Shown: positions 1-13,550 of the stretch, one piece after another
Layout: the number at the start of each line of letters is the position of its first letter
Position numbering within the stretch: position 1 is the first letter of the stretch
Origin: Octopus bimaculoides
Taxonomy: Eukaryota
Assembly: GCF_001194135.2 (NCBI RefSeq)
Contig: NC_068985.1
Span: 57,992,376-58,056,375 of the forward strand
Direction: 5' to 3'
Length of the DNA stretch: 64,000 nt
Made by a program: the position numbers and the translations under genes
Notes under the pieces: model-generated
Seen by the model: the letters and a program-made list of their open reading frames with translations, nothing else
Told to the model about the DNA's origin: nothing
Databases searched by the model: none

Positions 1-81
1 TATACAGCATATTTTGCCCTTTTTTCTTCACGTATATAAGCAACAATTTCATTCCCGAGCAACGCCGGGTGCCTCTGCTAG
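1..81 (+). mobile_element. 3' end of a non-autonomous Helitron (copy runs off the window start)
   Basis: Subterminal hairpin CCCGAGCAACGCCGGG (54-69), then CTAG (78-81) followed by T. The 81 bp are near-identical to 36850-36930. Hairpin plus CTRR|T is the established Helitron 3' signature. Confidence 0.75.
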
Positions 82-269
82 TTCTACATACACACCGCTC
101 TCTCACTCTGTCTCACACACATACACACGCACACATACATCCAAAAATGATGGATGCATATGAAAACACACCCCTTGACTCACTCACACTCTGTCTCTTA
201 CAAACACACACATACATAAATATATACAGACATATTTACAAAGACACACGTGTGTATGCGCGTGTGTGC

Positions 270-324
<55 letters not shown>

Positions 325-457
325 GACAGAGACAGAGACAGAGATAGAGAGAGGCAGAGCCAGTGAAGGGGTGTGTCTACAATTATACGTACATACATAA
401 ATAGTCATACATTTCTTGTACGTATGTGAGAGATAGAGAGTCACTGAAACATCTCTT

Positions 458-525
<68 letters not shown>

Positions 526-1121
526 GTGCAGATATACACACAGAAAAGATGTTTGCATATGTATTTATGTATGTACGTAGACATCGCAACACACCCCTTC
601 ACTCACACACATACAGAAACACACATGTGCCAAAAAAAAAATAATAGAAAATTTTTTTAGGGAAATTAACGAAGTGTGCGAGTTCAGAACGAAATCAAAC
701 CTGGAGTGTGTGAATGAGAGAGAGAGAGTGAGAATATATGAGATGAACATGGAACGCNNNNNNNNNNGAGAGAGAGAGAGTGAGAATATATGAGATGAAC
801 ATGGAACGCCCCAAAATCGTATAAATAAAAGCACGTTAAAAACTATCTTCTACGGAATATTGAAGTTTATGAAATTCGTAAATGTGTTTCACTAATTGAT
901 CGTAGTAGAGAGTGAGAGACGTCGCCGTTTTTACACGTCCGTACCGGAAGTTGACATTGAGAAACCTTTTTAAAGAAGTGAATCTTAAATATAAAGCAAT
1001 ATTATTTATTTTTAATTAGAGATAAACAAAATCAAATGAAGAGCCTAAGATTTATCCGAGGTCAAATTATTTATGTATCACAAGTATGGAAGTAAATAGT
1101 GAAGCCGTTTTCACGTGAAAA
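82..1121. mobile_element. Composite of Helitron-family internal and 5' sequence
   Basis: 82-270 matches the internal repeat at 35845-35980. 945-1121 is the reverse complement of 35580-35745. 645-700 resembles 10160-10205, and 943-1015 resembles 12294-12360. Confidence 0.6.
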
Positions 1122-1735
1122 NNNNNNNNNNNNNNNNNNNNNNNNNNNNNNNNNNNNNNNNNNNNNNNNNNNNNNNNNNNNNNNNNNNNNNNNNNNNNNN
1201 NNNNNNNNNNNNNNNNNNNNNNNNNNNNNNNNNNNNNNNNNNNNNNNNNNNNNNNNNNNNNNNNNNNNNNNNNNNNNNNNNNNNNNNNNNNNNNNNNNNN
1301 NNNNNNNNNNNNNNNNNNNNNNNNNNNNNNNNNNNNNNNNNNNNNNNNNNNNNNNNNNNNNNNNNNNNNNNNNNNNNNNNNNNNNNNNNNNNNNNNNNNN
1401 NNNNNNNNNNNNNNNNNNNNNNNNNNNNNNNNNNNNNNNNNNNNNNNNNNNNNNNNNNNNNNNNNNNNNNNNNNNNNNNNNNNNNNNNNNNNNNNNNNNN
1501 NNNNNNNNNNNNNNNNNNNNNNNNNNNNNNNNNNNNNNNNNNNNNNNNNNNNNNNNNNNNNNNNNNNNNNNNNNNNNNNNNNNNNNNNNNNNNNNNNNNN
1601 NNNNNNNNNNNNNNNNNNNNNNNNNNNNNNNNNNNNNNNNNNNNNNNNNNNNNNNNNNNNNNNNNNNNNNNNNNNNNNNNNNNNNNNNNNNNNNNNNNNN
1701 NNNNNNNNNNNNNNNNNNNNNNNNNNNNNNNNNTG

Positions 1736-1767
<32 letters not shown>

Positions 1768-2359
1768 TAACGGACACCGTCAACAACCATTGACAAGGTA
1801 GCAACGAAAATTTATGATGGAAATAAATACAAATAATAAATGAGTTGAAACTGAAGCGGTGAATGTGTTACATATTAAGTCATTAAGGCAGTGTGACTCT
1901 TCCAGAAAACATAATTTGCTTCAACAAATTAATTCACAGAAAGTATCTAGCAAACGAGATAGAAAAACGATGTGTATAATAATATATATCATAGTAAGTT
2001 GGTTGACCATCGCTTACATATCAAGACAAGCTAAAGAGTAATGTCTCAGCCGTGAAGATTGCTTATACCTTTTAGCGAATAGCTTTGGAGCGAACGAAAT
2101 GGAGGCTGTTGTGTCAAATTGGTATAAGAAAGTTTGTTGTAACTTGCATTAGCAGGCTAAGGTGTGCAAGTAAAAGAAGAAAAGCGCCTGCATATAACCA
2201 CCTGGACTGACCTGTAATCTTTATATCTTCAGCATCCGTGGGCTTCTTTGCAAATCGTTGACGGAATCTAAATATCATATTCGACATAATCATTATGAGT
2301 GACAAAGAAAGAGTAGGGTATCAGATACTTATACGTCGAAACCAACAGGAGAGTCCATC

Positions 2360-2398
<39 letters not shown>

Positions 2399-2469
2399 TG
2401 TGTGTTAGTGTGTGTGTGTTCCCTTCGTAAACGTTTTTATTTACTACCTCGTGTTCATCTCATCCCACC

Positions 2470-2950
2470 TATATTCAGCTTTGTGCTACGTCTTCCAACC
2501 GTATACAGTTTCTTTTTATGAGGTTTACTTTAAGACCTATTGCTATCTCTTTATGTAGCTATGTCAGTATGTTCTGTAGCGGATCTGTGCTTTCAGTGAT
2601 GTGTACAATGTAATCCGCGATTTGCTGCTGTGTTATTTGCTAACCGTTGTTTTTTCATCCCACCTATCCTGTCAATGTACTTGATGACCTTTTCTGGACA
2701 TGCGGTAAAGTGTCTTTGGAGAGATGGTATCCCCATGCTTGACGTCATTGTCAGTTGAGACCCTTAATGGTGATGATAGCAGAACTATATCTGTTGTATA
2801 TCTAGACTTCGCATATCTGAGTATTTTGATGTAATGTACATTGCATTTTCTTAATTTCAACTCTGCATTCACCTCGATGCTATCGAAGGCTTTCTCGTAA
2901 TCAACAAAATGTATAACCACAAGAACACTGTATTTGTTCACTCATTCTAT
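2470..2950 (-). mobile_element. RTE-clade non-LTR retrotransposon, decayed reverse transcriptase fragment
   Basis: Translation FVDYEKAFDSIE...DVKHGDTISPK (cf. GVRQGDTISPKLF), then a frameshifted ADYIVHITESTDPLQNIL (cf. FADDIVL). Confidence 0.8.
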
Positions 2951-5499
2951 GAGTAACAAAGTAGTGTCATAGATATTAGTCAAGGTAAGCTACGTTTCCC
3001 TGGTTCATTATATAGTTAACAAAGGTTGTTATCAAATGTTAGAGCATGTTACTCTATGACGTATGTTTGACTATGAGAACACATCTTAGGGAAAATAATT
3101 GCTAACAAATCATTTTGCTGGCCAGTATGCGATACAGATCTCTGAAATATAATTAGAAGACGAAGGACCCTGACAATGTCAGCGAGGTGTACTGGGGCAG
3201 TAAGTGTAATTTATAACTAAATTACACTTTTGTCTATTTCTTTTAAGAAATATTTAGTTTACTACGGTTAAAGTGAATTCAGTGAAATAAAAAGAATATT
3301 TGAATTGTGTTAGGTGCAATAGTCAAGGATCATATTAAAAAGTTAACCTTAGTTAGGATATCAATATTTCGTATACCACATTGTAAAGAAATTGAGAAAC
3401 AAAAGAAAAAATCTCTTATAAAATAGCGTACACATAAATTTTGTTAAATAAATGAGAATAACAAATTAAATGCTCGTTATATTACCTGATTAAGTTGATT
3501 TTACACGTGAGTATTTCAGCTGCATTCATTAAGCTCAAATTACAATTCTCCCTGGCCACTTTATTTAAAGAGCACTACTGTTTTGAGGGTATTTTGTAAA
3601 ACAGCTCATTTTTCACAGACAAAGAAGAATCCCTGCCGCATATTTACTTGATGAAAGAAGAGCATTCATAAGTTGTGATACAAACGCATTAGTTGTTTAA
3701 AGGCTGTTATTTTATAGATGTGGGTATATAGGTATAAACAACAAATTTCATGGGTAACATAATTCCGTCGATATCGGGAAATATTGTAATATTTTGTTTT
3801 GATTTTCCTTTTCATATCTAATATGAAATCATTAACGTGGATTAAAATAATTCAAGAGATTAAGTTGAAATTAATTGTTGTAAATTGGCCGCGGGCTATT
3901 CACATCATTAACTGGAGATAAAACCCACTAAATTTAGAAAGGCGTAGTATGATGTTTTTAGAATAAAGATGAAAGATACTTTGAAGTTTGCCGGTGGTCG
4001 GCTTTGGCAGACTGCCTGTCGTTGCCTAAAATGAAGCAAAGAAAACTAAATTAATGAGTTGTACAGAAAATAATTAGTACGTGTAAAGGAATGTTATTAT
4101 CTTTGCCGCTAACGAAATTTTCAGGTTTTGTATAAATTCTCATCAAAACGAATTTCGTGTTACTTCGAGTTGAGATGTAGATGATATCAGTAGATGCTTG
4201 CTATACATACATACATACATACATATACACACACGCAAGTACGCACACGCACACAGACACACGGACATACACACACGCATATGTGTGTGTGTGTGTATGT
4301 GTAGATATACGTTTATATAATTTCGATGTAGCTATGAGATCACATGCTGGTAAGCTATTATTACTGTGATTATTGCATGCGAACTATAGGGAAACTTATT
4401 GTTGTCTCCATAGTACTTTTGATGTGATTATTCAATGGTTTTAGAAAGGGAAGTTAAGTCACATCTGAAATAGAAAGACGGAAATTTTACCAGTAAGATA
4501 TATTTGTTTCTTAATATTTCCATTTCTAATGTCTTGCTACCTTCAACTAAAAGTCCGGTGAAGAAAGACACCTCCAATTACATTTCTTTTAGTTTTAGAA
4601 TAGCTATCACCTTAAACAGTAAATAGAAAGAAAAAAACAGTTTAGATGTTGCATGTTTCTTCATAAGAAGAAAAATTGAATTAGAAGGAAGTGCTAGTTA
4701 CGTATCTTGTGATACTAGCTGATTGTATGATGCAAAAACCACTTTGCAGATGTTCCAAAGTAGTTGGCTCAACTACGAAAAGTTAACATGCATACATATC
4801 ACGCACTCAGTCATCAGTTCATAAGTGTAGTCGTTAAGTTTTAGCAAAGCAGTTAGGAATGGCCGTTAAAACTGTTTAAAGAACATACTAACGTCTTGAA
4901 ACTTGGCAGACTTCATTCATTTTGCCAGACAATCTATACAAGTTAAAGACAAAGGACAAATGGTCACGGCTGGATAGACATTATAGTCATAATTGCTCGT
5001 TCACACCAACAACAGAAATTACAATGAATTATTCATTTAAATCCTATAATTATAAGAATATAATGTAGCAAATTGGAAAGTGCGCATGAGAGGGAAAGAA
5101 AGAAAGAAAGAAAGACAAAAAAAAGAAAGAAGAAAAGAAAGAATGAAAGAAAGAAAGAAAGGGGAGAGATTTAGAAAGAAAAAGACAAAAGAGTAAAAGA
5201 AAGGAAGGAAGGAAGATACGGAGAGAAAACGAGAGCGAGCAAGCGAGAGTAAGTGAGATAGAATGAGAGAGGGAATGAGAGAGAGAGAGAGAGAGAAAGA
5301 GAGATGGAGAGAGACAGAGAGAGAGAGAGAGACAGTCAGACAGACAGACAGACAGAGAGCGTGGGGCATGGAGTCGCCTCCATTATTGTTAATTTATTTA
5401 CTGATTCGTTAAAGAGAAAGTCAAAATTTAAATTCAGAAGGCAGTTAATTGAAAGATCACTTAAAAGTATTTTGTGCAATTTTGTGCATATGCTACTTA

Positions 5500-5590
5500 A
5501 ATAAGTATTGAGACCGATTGTTCTCTCCTCAAACTCTTGCTTTCTCAGAAATGGTTACATTCTGCTATGAAAATTTTGTATGAGAGGGCT
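5500..5590 (-). repeat. Unclassified dispersed repeat, copy 1 (inverted relative to 7490-7580)
   Basis: 5517-5553 reverse complement matches 7525-7560 with 2 mismatches in 36 bp; weaker similarity extends over about 90 bp. Confidence 0.6.
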
Positions 5591-5826
5591 CTCAGTGTTT
5601 GCGTTGGTAGAAATAACAAAAGATCAGAAATGACAAGAGACCAAAGAGAGATAACGAAGGGTGGATCAGAGGATGTAGTCCGAAAGACAAGAGAACTCGT
5701 CCAAATTAATTCCATTAACTTCTTCATAAATCCAGTTTCATCCTTGTTGAGGTCATCAAAGTCATAGATTTTATGGTTTAAAAAGTTTTACTACTACTGC
5801 TACTACTACTAATACTACTGCTGCTG

Positions 5827-5887
<61 letters not shown>

Positions 5888-6084
5888 AAAAGCATTGCTT
5901 TTGTGCTCGATTTACTTATGCATTCGATCGAACCTCAAGTCATGGCCTACGAACAGGAGCATTTTGTATTCTCTATATAAAATGTATTCTGCTCTGCACA
6001 TATTACCTAGTTAAAATCACGATTCCAAGGCTCATGCTTCACTAGCATATACGCAACATGGAAGCCTCATACCAAGATAAACAC

Positions 6085-6465
6085 CGTATACTTTCCAGGT
6101 AGGTTGGGTGGAGTTTTATTCAGGTCTAGTATCTCATAACGCTCATAAGGTCCCCTGAATGAGGGGTCTTGAAAGATAATGAAAGAAATACCCATGCTTC
6201 CTATGGTGCACAATTCATACACTAAATACTCGCTCTTACCACATAGCTATGATGCCCCCACACTACTCTTGCTCGTGATCATACATGCACATATCATCAG
6301 CCCCTAAGTGACATGCTTGAATAGTTAAGGTCAAACAACTGACAAGCAAATCTGCGGTATTTGAGCCAAATATTTGTTGTTGTCAACCTTTTACATCAAT
6401 ACAAACATATACATGTTCATACTACCATACAGAAGCCATGCGAGCCACTGCATGGTATCATATCA
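6085..6465. repeat. About 400 bp dispersed repeat (probable retroelement UTR), copy 1
   Basis: Collinear with 61700-62095 (shared CATxGCTATGATGC, GATGCACATATCxTCAGCC, AACAACTxACAAGCAAATCTG, AGAAGCCATGxGAGCCA); both copies end at a trinucleotide microsatellite. Confidence 0.7.
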
Positions 6466-7489
6466 GTAGTAGTTGTAGTAGTAATTGTAGTAGTAGTAGC
6501 AGCAGCAGCAGTAGTAGAAGTAGTTGTTGATATTTTTGATGTTCTTGATGTGGATATTGTATCAATAATTGATAGACATTGGGGAAGATGCGGAACAAAT
6601 GGTTGAGTTAGATAGAAAAATGTGTCTAGAACTTTCTTTGTGAATAAAGAAATATTTAAATAATGGTCGGAAGATAGAAGTAAAACTTAGTAACCTAAGT
6701 TGGATGCGTGTGACAGTTAAATGGGCGATAGGTAGTAAGATAAATAGTGAAATGCACGGAAACACTAGCAGACACATACACACATATGCACGCGTGCATA
6801 CCTGAGTATATTGCATTTGATAGGTTAGAAAAGGAAACAAAATAAATAGAAGCGATAGAGATTTCATTGAACAATCTAGGTGTGCGGGGGAAGATTTGTA
6901 ATTTAATGAATTGCAAAGATTTATCTGCATATGTTTCATTTTGTTGCTTTTATAGTTCTAATTATATTTTTTTTACTAATGTTTTTGTTCACTTTCTTCT
7001 ATTTAATTGCTTGTATGTATGTATGAGTGTGTATGTGTGTGTGTGTTTGTGTGTATTTCGTCTAGATCAATAGTTAATATCCGGTCTAGAAACAAAATAC
7101 TAAATAGATATTTTAGCTATTTTATATATACTGTTATAATTGTGTTTTACTGTGCGTTGCTGTCTAGGAAGATAGAAAGACAGAGTGAGTGAGTGAGTGA
7201 GTAAGAGAAAAAAAGAGAGAGGTGGCAGATAGGTAGATGAATGTGATGAAGTGAGTCAAAGGTGGTGAGAGTGAGAAACAGAACAGGGTGGAAAAGAGAG
7301 AAAGAGAATTTGAGAATGGCTGATAAGTGTAAAGACAAAGCAAGAGAGTAAATTGCGAAGATATAAGTAGAGTAAATAATAATTATAACATCAACAACAG
7401 CAATAATTTTAACAATAACAACTTCAACATAACAACAGCAACAGCAGCAACATTTATAGTCATCTCAAGTTAGAACAAAGAAAAAGCTA

Positions 7490-7580
7490 TCTTATCTCAC
7501 AAAACTTTCACAGCACAATGTAAGCATTTCTGAAAAAGCAAGAGATTGAGGAGAGAACAACCCATCTCAGTACCTCTTTG
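7490..7580 (+). repeat. Unclassified dispersed repeat, copy 2
   Basis: Inverted homologue of 5500-5590. Confidence 0.6.
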
Positions 7581-8574
7581 AATTCTATATTTATGCTTAG
7601 AACATTGCTCATGATACTTTAAAGTGATCTTCCAATTAACTGCCTTCTGAGTTTCAATTACGCAGAGATCAGTTTTGCCTTTGATATTTCCAATGTAGAC
7701 ATCCCCAGACTATAAAGTATTAACGACTTTCATGAAATCCTCATCATCAATCTCGTCGTCGTCGTCATCGTCGTTGTCATCATCCTCTTCCTCATCATCA
7801 TCATCCACCTCATCATCATCACCCCCATCATCTACATTCCCATCGTTCTCGTCGTCGTCATCTTAGCCACCAGCAAGAAAATCCCTGTCAGTCAGTATTC
7901 ACACAGAATCCACTACTGAAGTAGATCCTGTATACATCACTTGGACCAATACCTCAGTAACATCCGCTTATATATATTAATGAACCAGTAAAGGGTGAAA
8001 AGTTGGGTGGATTTTGCATTTATATGTAACAAGGTAGCACTAAGGACCATACGGCATTATTTCCGATACTTTACCAGGAATGCTAATCTATTACCCTACA
8101 TTTAAAGGACATATTAACACTTAACGTTCATACAAACACAAAACTTCTGAGAGGCCGGATTGATTATATCTAATCCAGTTGTTGATTGCTACTCAATTTT
8201 ATCGATCTTGGTTCGATGGAAAGCAAAGTTAACATGAATAAAATTTGAACTCAAAAATTCAAAACAAATTCGGAAAGTCCACCATACTTAACAAGGTAGC
8301 ACAAAGAAAACATTTTCGTCTTATATTTGTAGCGGATTAAATAAATCCAAATTTTTGACTATTTTCCTATGTTTGTGAAATGATGTCACAAGGATGGAAC
8401 GACTCAAAGGTAATACCGTATAGCATATCGTGTATTACACTCACAAATCTCTCAGTTCACATAAAGACTACTCACAAAGCATAATACCATAATAGTTCAC
8501 GCATAAACTGTCAATAATGTGTCCATATACAAAACACGTTGCAGGTATACATTTATTCATTCGCAGGTCACCCA

Positions 8575-8787
8575 TATCTATGTGACTCAGTCATTAGACT
8601 GCGGTCATATTGGGGCACCGCCTTGAAATTTAAGTCAATGAATCGACTCCAGTAGTTATTTTTAAAGATTGGTACTTATTCCATCGCTCTCATTTGCCGA
8701 ACAGCTAGGTTGCGGAGTCATGAATGCATCACTTGACAACAGCACCAGATGTCAAGTGATGATTAGGGGACAAACGCACACACACAT

Positions 8788-8824
<37 letters not shown>

Positions 8825-9003
8825 CGCATACACAGATATATACGGCAGGCGTCTCTCAGGTTCCGCCTACTATTTCCACTCACAGGGCTTTGATCAACAC
8901 GAGACTATAATAGAAAACACTCGCACAAGATGCCACGCAGTGGGACTGGACCCGGAGCAACGTGGTTGGGAAATAAGCTTCCTAACACACAGCTACACCT
9001 GCA
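8575..9003 (-). mobile_element. Near full-length tRNA-derived SINE (family 1, internal CA/AT microsatellite)
   Basis: Minus-strand tRNA-like head near 9000 (A box-like GCTGTGTGTTAG, B box-like GGGTCCAGTCCC); body and tail homologous to 37733-38090, 28795-28980 and 54637-54760. Confidence 0.75.
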
Positions 9004-9279
9004 TTTATATATATTTATGAATAAATGCATATAGATATATATATATATGCTAGAAGAAATACCCGACGTTGCCCGGGTTACATATAATAGCGAAATTTAA
9101 AAAGACCATCTAGATTACGTAGGCCTCAACTGCTAGTAGCTGAGATACCAACTTTCTATATTAATAACTCTCTAATCCATGCCAGCACCTTAACAGAAAG
9201 TTTTCAACTCATATATGCATATAAATTAAATACATGTAATTCAAAACCATGTTTTGTGTAGCTTATTTCGTAATCAAAA

Positions 9280-9919
9280 AGACAGGTACAAATTATAATA
9301 AATGAAAAGCAGATTTTGGTCATTCATTTGACAGAGGTATTAGAGAGCCAGTCCTATGATAAATCTGACCTTGGATCTTGAAAGTTGGCATGAATTTTGA
9401 CTCAGTTAAATCTCTTGTGGCTCCCAATGATGTCATCTATAGTGCAGCATTGTATTGTTTAGTTTTTTTTTTTCGAAGTGCTTGAAATCTTTGTCAGTTG
9501 ATAACAGTTTGTTCAATGGCTCTGGAGGCTGGAAGATTGCAGGGAGCTTAACCTTTCCACCACTGCAGCACAGTGCAGGTGTCTCTCCAGGCCACTTCCT
9601 TGCTTTACAATGTATGCACTCAGTTGTCGTTGCACAAATAGGAACTCTACTGTCATCTGCGTAATGAACTGTTGGATCATAATTGAAAGCTGCTTCATAG
9701 AAGTTACTTCTCTGAGGTGTTGCAACTGCACTTCGTTCTGCAGTGAAAAACCTATTCCTTGTTATTCGTGCATATCTCTGATCATCACTTTGAAATGCTT
9801 TGGCTTTTTGTAAAACACAGTCTGTTCGCTTCCTGGTATGTTTCCCTTTCTACAGCTCTGGACATTCTTTTGACTGACCTTGACATTGTAGACAAATTTG
9901 ACATTTTCTTTCTAGGCAT
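9280..9919 (-). pseudogene. Helitron Rep/helicase N-terminal zinc-finger region, frameshifted
   Basis: AFNYDP...ECIHCKARKWPGETPALCCSGGKVKLPAIFQPPEPLNKLL, then after a frameshift QYNAAL*MTSLGA...FMPTFKIQGQIYHRTGSLIP. These are characteristic Helitron Rep N-terminal motifs. Confidence 0.9.
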
Positions 9920-10743
9920 TGTTATATATGTATACAGAAATACACGGGTGCAGAAGATAGTAAACAATGAATATAACTGGTTAACGGAAATTATATTTCT
10001 TAATACGACGGGCAGAAAGTAAATATGAAATTTTTACGGAAAATAAAGAATTGTACGGGTTGAAGCGAAATTTATCCGTGAGCCAAAAAGCCAGTATCGA
10101 CGGAACCAGAAAAAAAGCCGTTAAAAACAGAATAGCACGAAACAATTGCAAAAATAAATAAGAAATGTTTAGGGAAATTAACTAAGTGTACAGATTTAAG
10201 TGGAATTTTTTGAAGTTACTTCTGTCAGTAAAGTATGAGCTTACTTTTATCAGTAATTCCGTCAAAAAAAGAAAACACGCACGCACGCACGCACACACAC
10301 ACACACACACGCGCACACACACACACACACACAACGTTGCTAAAGTAGACAAGAAACTTGTAGGCAAATTTAATGAAGTGTACGGATTGAAGTGAAATTT
10401 ATGAACTTCTGTCAGTAAATTATGTATGACATTACTTTCATCAGTAATTGTGAACTTCTTTCTGTCAGTAATTTGTCGTCGTTGTTTGTAAAAAGCGACC
10501 GAAAACTGATACTGAACACAATAGTGTCTGAAAAATGAAAGTGAAACAATAGAGAGTAAGTGAGATGTGGAGAGAGTAGGAAGAGAGGGAGAGAGAGCTA
10601 GCTTGTTAGACAAATAAGATAGTTATATTAGGTCGTCATGTATGAAATTTGTAGTAAGGTATATGATAAACTTTGACAGCTGCTCATTTTGTGACATTAT
10701 CATATTTTGACAATCTTTATTTTTTGTTAGAAAGCTAACACAC

Positions 10744-10975
10744 AAGGCCGCGCTCTGGCAGAAATGTTAGCACACCGGGCGATATGCTTAGCAGCATTTC
10801 GTCTGCCGTTACGTTCTGGGTTCAAATTCCGCCGAGGTCGACTTTGTCTTTCATCCTTTCGGGTAGAAAAATTAAGTACCAGTTACACACTGGGGTCGAT
10901 GTAACCGACTTAATCCCTTTGTCTTTCCTTGTTCGTCCCCTCTATGTTTAGTCCCTTGTGGGCAATAAAGAAATA
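10744..10975 (+). mobile_element. tRNA-derived SINE (family 2) inserted in the mariner 5' UTR
   Basis: Head GGCCGCGCTCTGGCAGAA...GGGTTCAAATTCC; homologous to 62270-62480. 15 bp target duplication AGAAAGCTAACACAC (10729-43) / AGAAAGCTGACGCAC (10976-90). Confidence 0.9.
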
Positions 10976-11064
10976 AGAAAGCTGACGCACGTATTTCTTT
11001 ATTCTAACTAATTTTCCGCATTATAAGGTATTTATAAATCGTTTTTCGCTATTTTTGTTTAGAG

Positions 11065-12078
11065 ATGGATAAGTTGGAAATTCGTAGAGTCTTGAAATAT
11101 GAGTTCTTTCGTGGAAATACAGCATCACAGACTGCTCGGAATATCAATGGTGTATTTCATTCTAATGTTATGACACTGACAATATCAAATTGGTTTGCAA
11201 AAGTTCTGGTAACTTTGACCTCACACATGAGCAACGCGGTCGACCAGAATCAAAGGAGAATAACGGCGAATTGTAAGCCACCGTCGAGTCAGATCCATCT
11301 CAAAGTGCCCGTGAATTATCGTTGTTGTTAGGTATTAGCAAGGAAACAATGTTGTCTCACGTAATTGAAGTCAATAAAGTGAAAACGTTGGCTAAGTGGG
11401 TTTCACATGAACTCAATCAAAATCAGAAACAGCAACGTTTGAAGGCCTGCATTATGCTACATTCTCGTCACAAAAAGGAATAATTTTAGAATCAAATTGT
11501 AACATGTGATGAGAAATGGATCCAATACAGAAACGGTAAACGTTCAGCAAAATGGTTGGATAAAGAAGAGTCACCAAATCGCAGTCCAAAAGCAAAATTC
11601 ATCAAAAGAAGTTGTTGGTGTGTATTTGGTGGTCTGGTGTAGGAGTGATCCATTATGATTTCATTAAAACTGGCTCATCAATCACAGCCAAGGTATACTG
11701 CAACCAACTGGACCAAATGATGAAGAAACAAAAAAAAATACACTGCCTAGATTAGTCAACAGATCCACTCCTATTTTATTGCAAGACAACGCCAGACCAC
11801 ACATGGTAAAAATAGCATTGGATAAACTACGTGAGCTGGAGTTGGACGTTCTCCATTATCTATCATACTCACCTGATCTTGCCCCAAATGACTACCACAT
11901 CTTCCAGAATTTGGATAAATTTTTGATGGGGAAAAAAAAAAATCGACGATGCTGTAAAAGAGGCCTCCAAGATTATATTCACTCTAGATTGCCAGGCTTT
12001 TATAGTCCCAGGCTGGACAAGCTGCCGATGAAATGACAAAAATGTATTGACAATATGGGTGCATACTTTGATGAATAA
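11065..12078 (+). pseudogene. mariner transposase pseudogene
   Basis: MDKLEIRRVLKYEF..., WVSHEL, VTCDEKW, QDNARPH...YSPDLAPNDYHIF with 34 residues between the last two Asp; several frameshifts and stops; terminal TAA at 12076-78. Confidence 0.95.
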
Positions 12079-13093
12079 AACTAATCCTTGTATTTATAAA
12101 ACATTAGGAACCATTTCTTTCTTTTCTACAAATTTCATACTTGACGACCTAATAGATGGATAGATAAGATATACACAGGTAGATACAGAGAGACAAATAC
12201 ATATAGAGATAGAGATGGATAGAGAGAAATAGATAGTGAGATACAAAGAGATAGAGATAGATAGAAAGATATAGACGTTACTAACACAAGAAAACCGGAA
12301 GTAAATATTTCAAAACAACTTTCAAAGACGTGAATCTAATATGAAAAGTAATATTTAATTTTTATGGGTTTTTGACCAATCGATGTAATGAAGACAATCA
12401 ATTTCTGAAAGTTACTTCCGAAAGAGTTACCTCCCTTATCCACATAACCCAGGAACGGGTATTTTCTGCCTTCAGGGGGCCCATGACTCATTATATGAAA
12501 CATTCTAAGACTCTAAAAGCTATCCCTCGAACATAAGCACTGTATGTTCCCAGTTTGGATAAAATCATTTGAGAAATACGGCCGTTATAGTCTTTTACAC
12601 ACACACATATATAAATATTTATATAAATCACTTGTGCATTTATAGCATTTTACACACACACATATATAAATATTTATGTAACTCACTTGTGCATTTTTGT
12701 CTTCTTTTTTCTTTCCTATATACGATTTTACTACATAGGATTTCCTTGGCGTTTTACTGCAAATTATTTATCCTTTTGTTATCCCCTATTCTTCTTTGTC
12801 TTTTTTGTGTATTTGAGCCTGTTACATAATCCACTGATTTTTGACCAGCGATATAAAGTTCGTAATTTTTATAATTTTCAATATATTTTTGAATTCAATT
12901 ATTTATAATTTTTACCTCTAATTTAAATATTTTCTTCGATGTTTTCTTACTGTCACTAAGTTTTCCTCTCACAGATAATACAAACACACCCACACATCAT
13001 CTCACATTTCCAAAACCTCATGTTATTACTCTCTTATACATGCATACCTTCTCATAACTACTGCCCCAATAAACCTTACACATACACAGCACA

Positions 13094-13138
<45 letters not shown>

Positions 13139-13550
13139 CACTCCCAAAGTTCATCTCCTACACACATCACCCCCTAAGTTCATCTCCATACATACATACC
13201 CTATGATACATGCACACACAACCTCACCTCTTCCTCTCTCCCTGTTTCCCACAGAAATGCAATGCCGCATGATCCCTAGCCTTTTTTTATATCACCGTTC
13301 CTCCTTCTCTATAATTTTTCACATTTTTTATGTAGGTCTAACGACAAAGACTGCATGACGTTTTTAAGCGTTAGACTAGTGCAATGTCTGTTGAATCTTG
13401 TCTCTCGTCTCACATACTTTCTTTGGTTTATTGACTAGTATATGCATACGCACACAGAAGCATGCACATACACAAACACACACACACGTGTATGTTTGAC
13501 TATTAAACATATATTGTTCATATATTTAATTTGGGAAATTTTCCTATTTA

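Larger units (their letters stand above)
10628..12152 (+). mobile_element. mariner (DD34D) DNA transposon, full length but inactive
   Basis: 27 bp TIRs TTAGGTCGTCATGTATGAAATTTGTAG (10628-10654) and its complement at 12126-12152 with 1 mismatch; TA duplication at 10626-27 and 12153-54; 1278 bp after removing the inserted SINE. Confidence 0.95.
9050..12620 (-). mobile_element. Internally deleted Helitron carrying a Rep N-terminal relic, interrupted by a mariner
   Basis: Minus-strand 3' end: hairpin with ACCCG/CGGGT arms (9061-9078) and CTAG at 9050-9053. Rep relic at 9280-9919. Segments at 10160-10205 and 12294-12360 are homologous, in the same order, to the Helitron-family copy at 645-1015. 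The 5' boundary near 12620 is approximate. Confidence 0.65.

Noticed and set aside
715-810. 40 bp direct repeat around a 10-N gap
   Set aside because: Typical unmerged contig overlap; the same applies to the short repeat around 47958-47967.
7735-7865. Poly-acidic (D/E) minus-strand frame
   Set aside because: In-frame stop immediately upstream and no convincing splice sites; a degenerate (GAT/GAC)n microsatellite.
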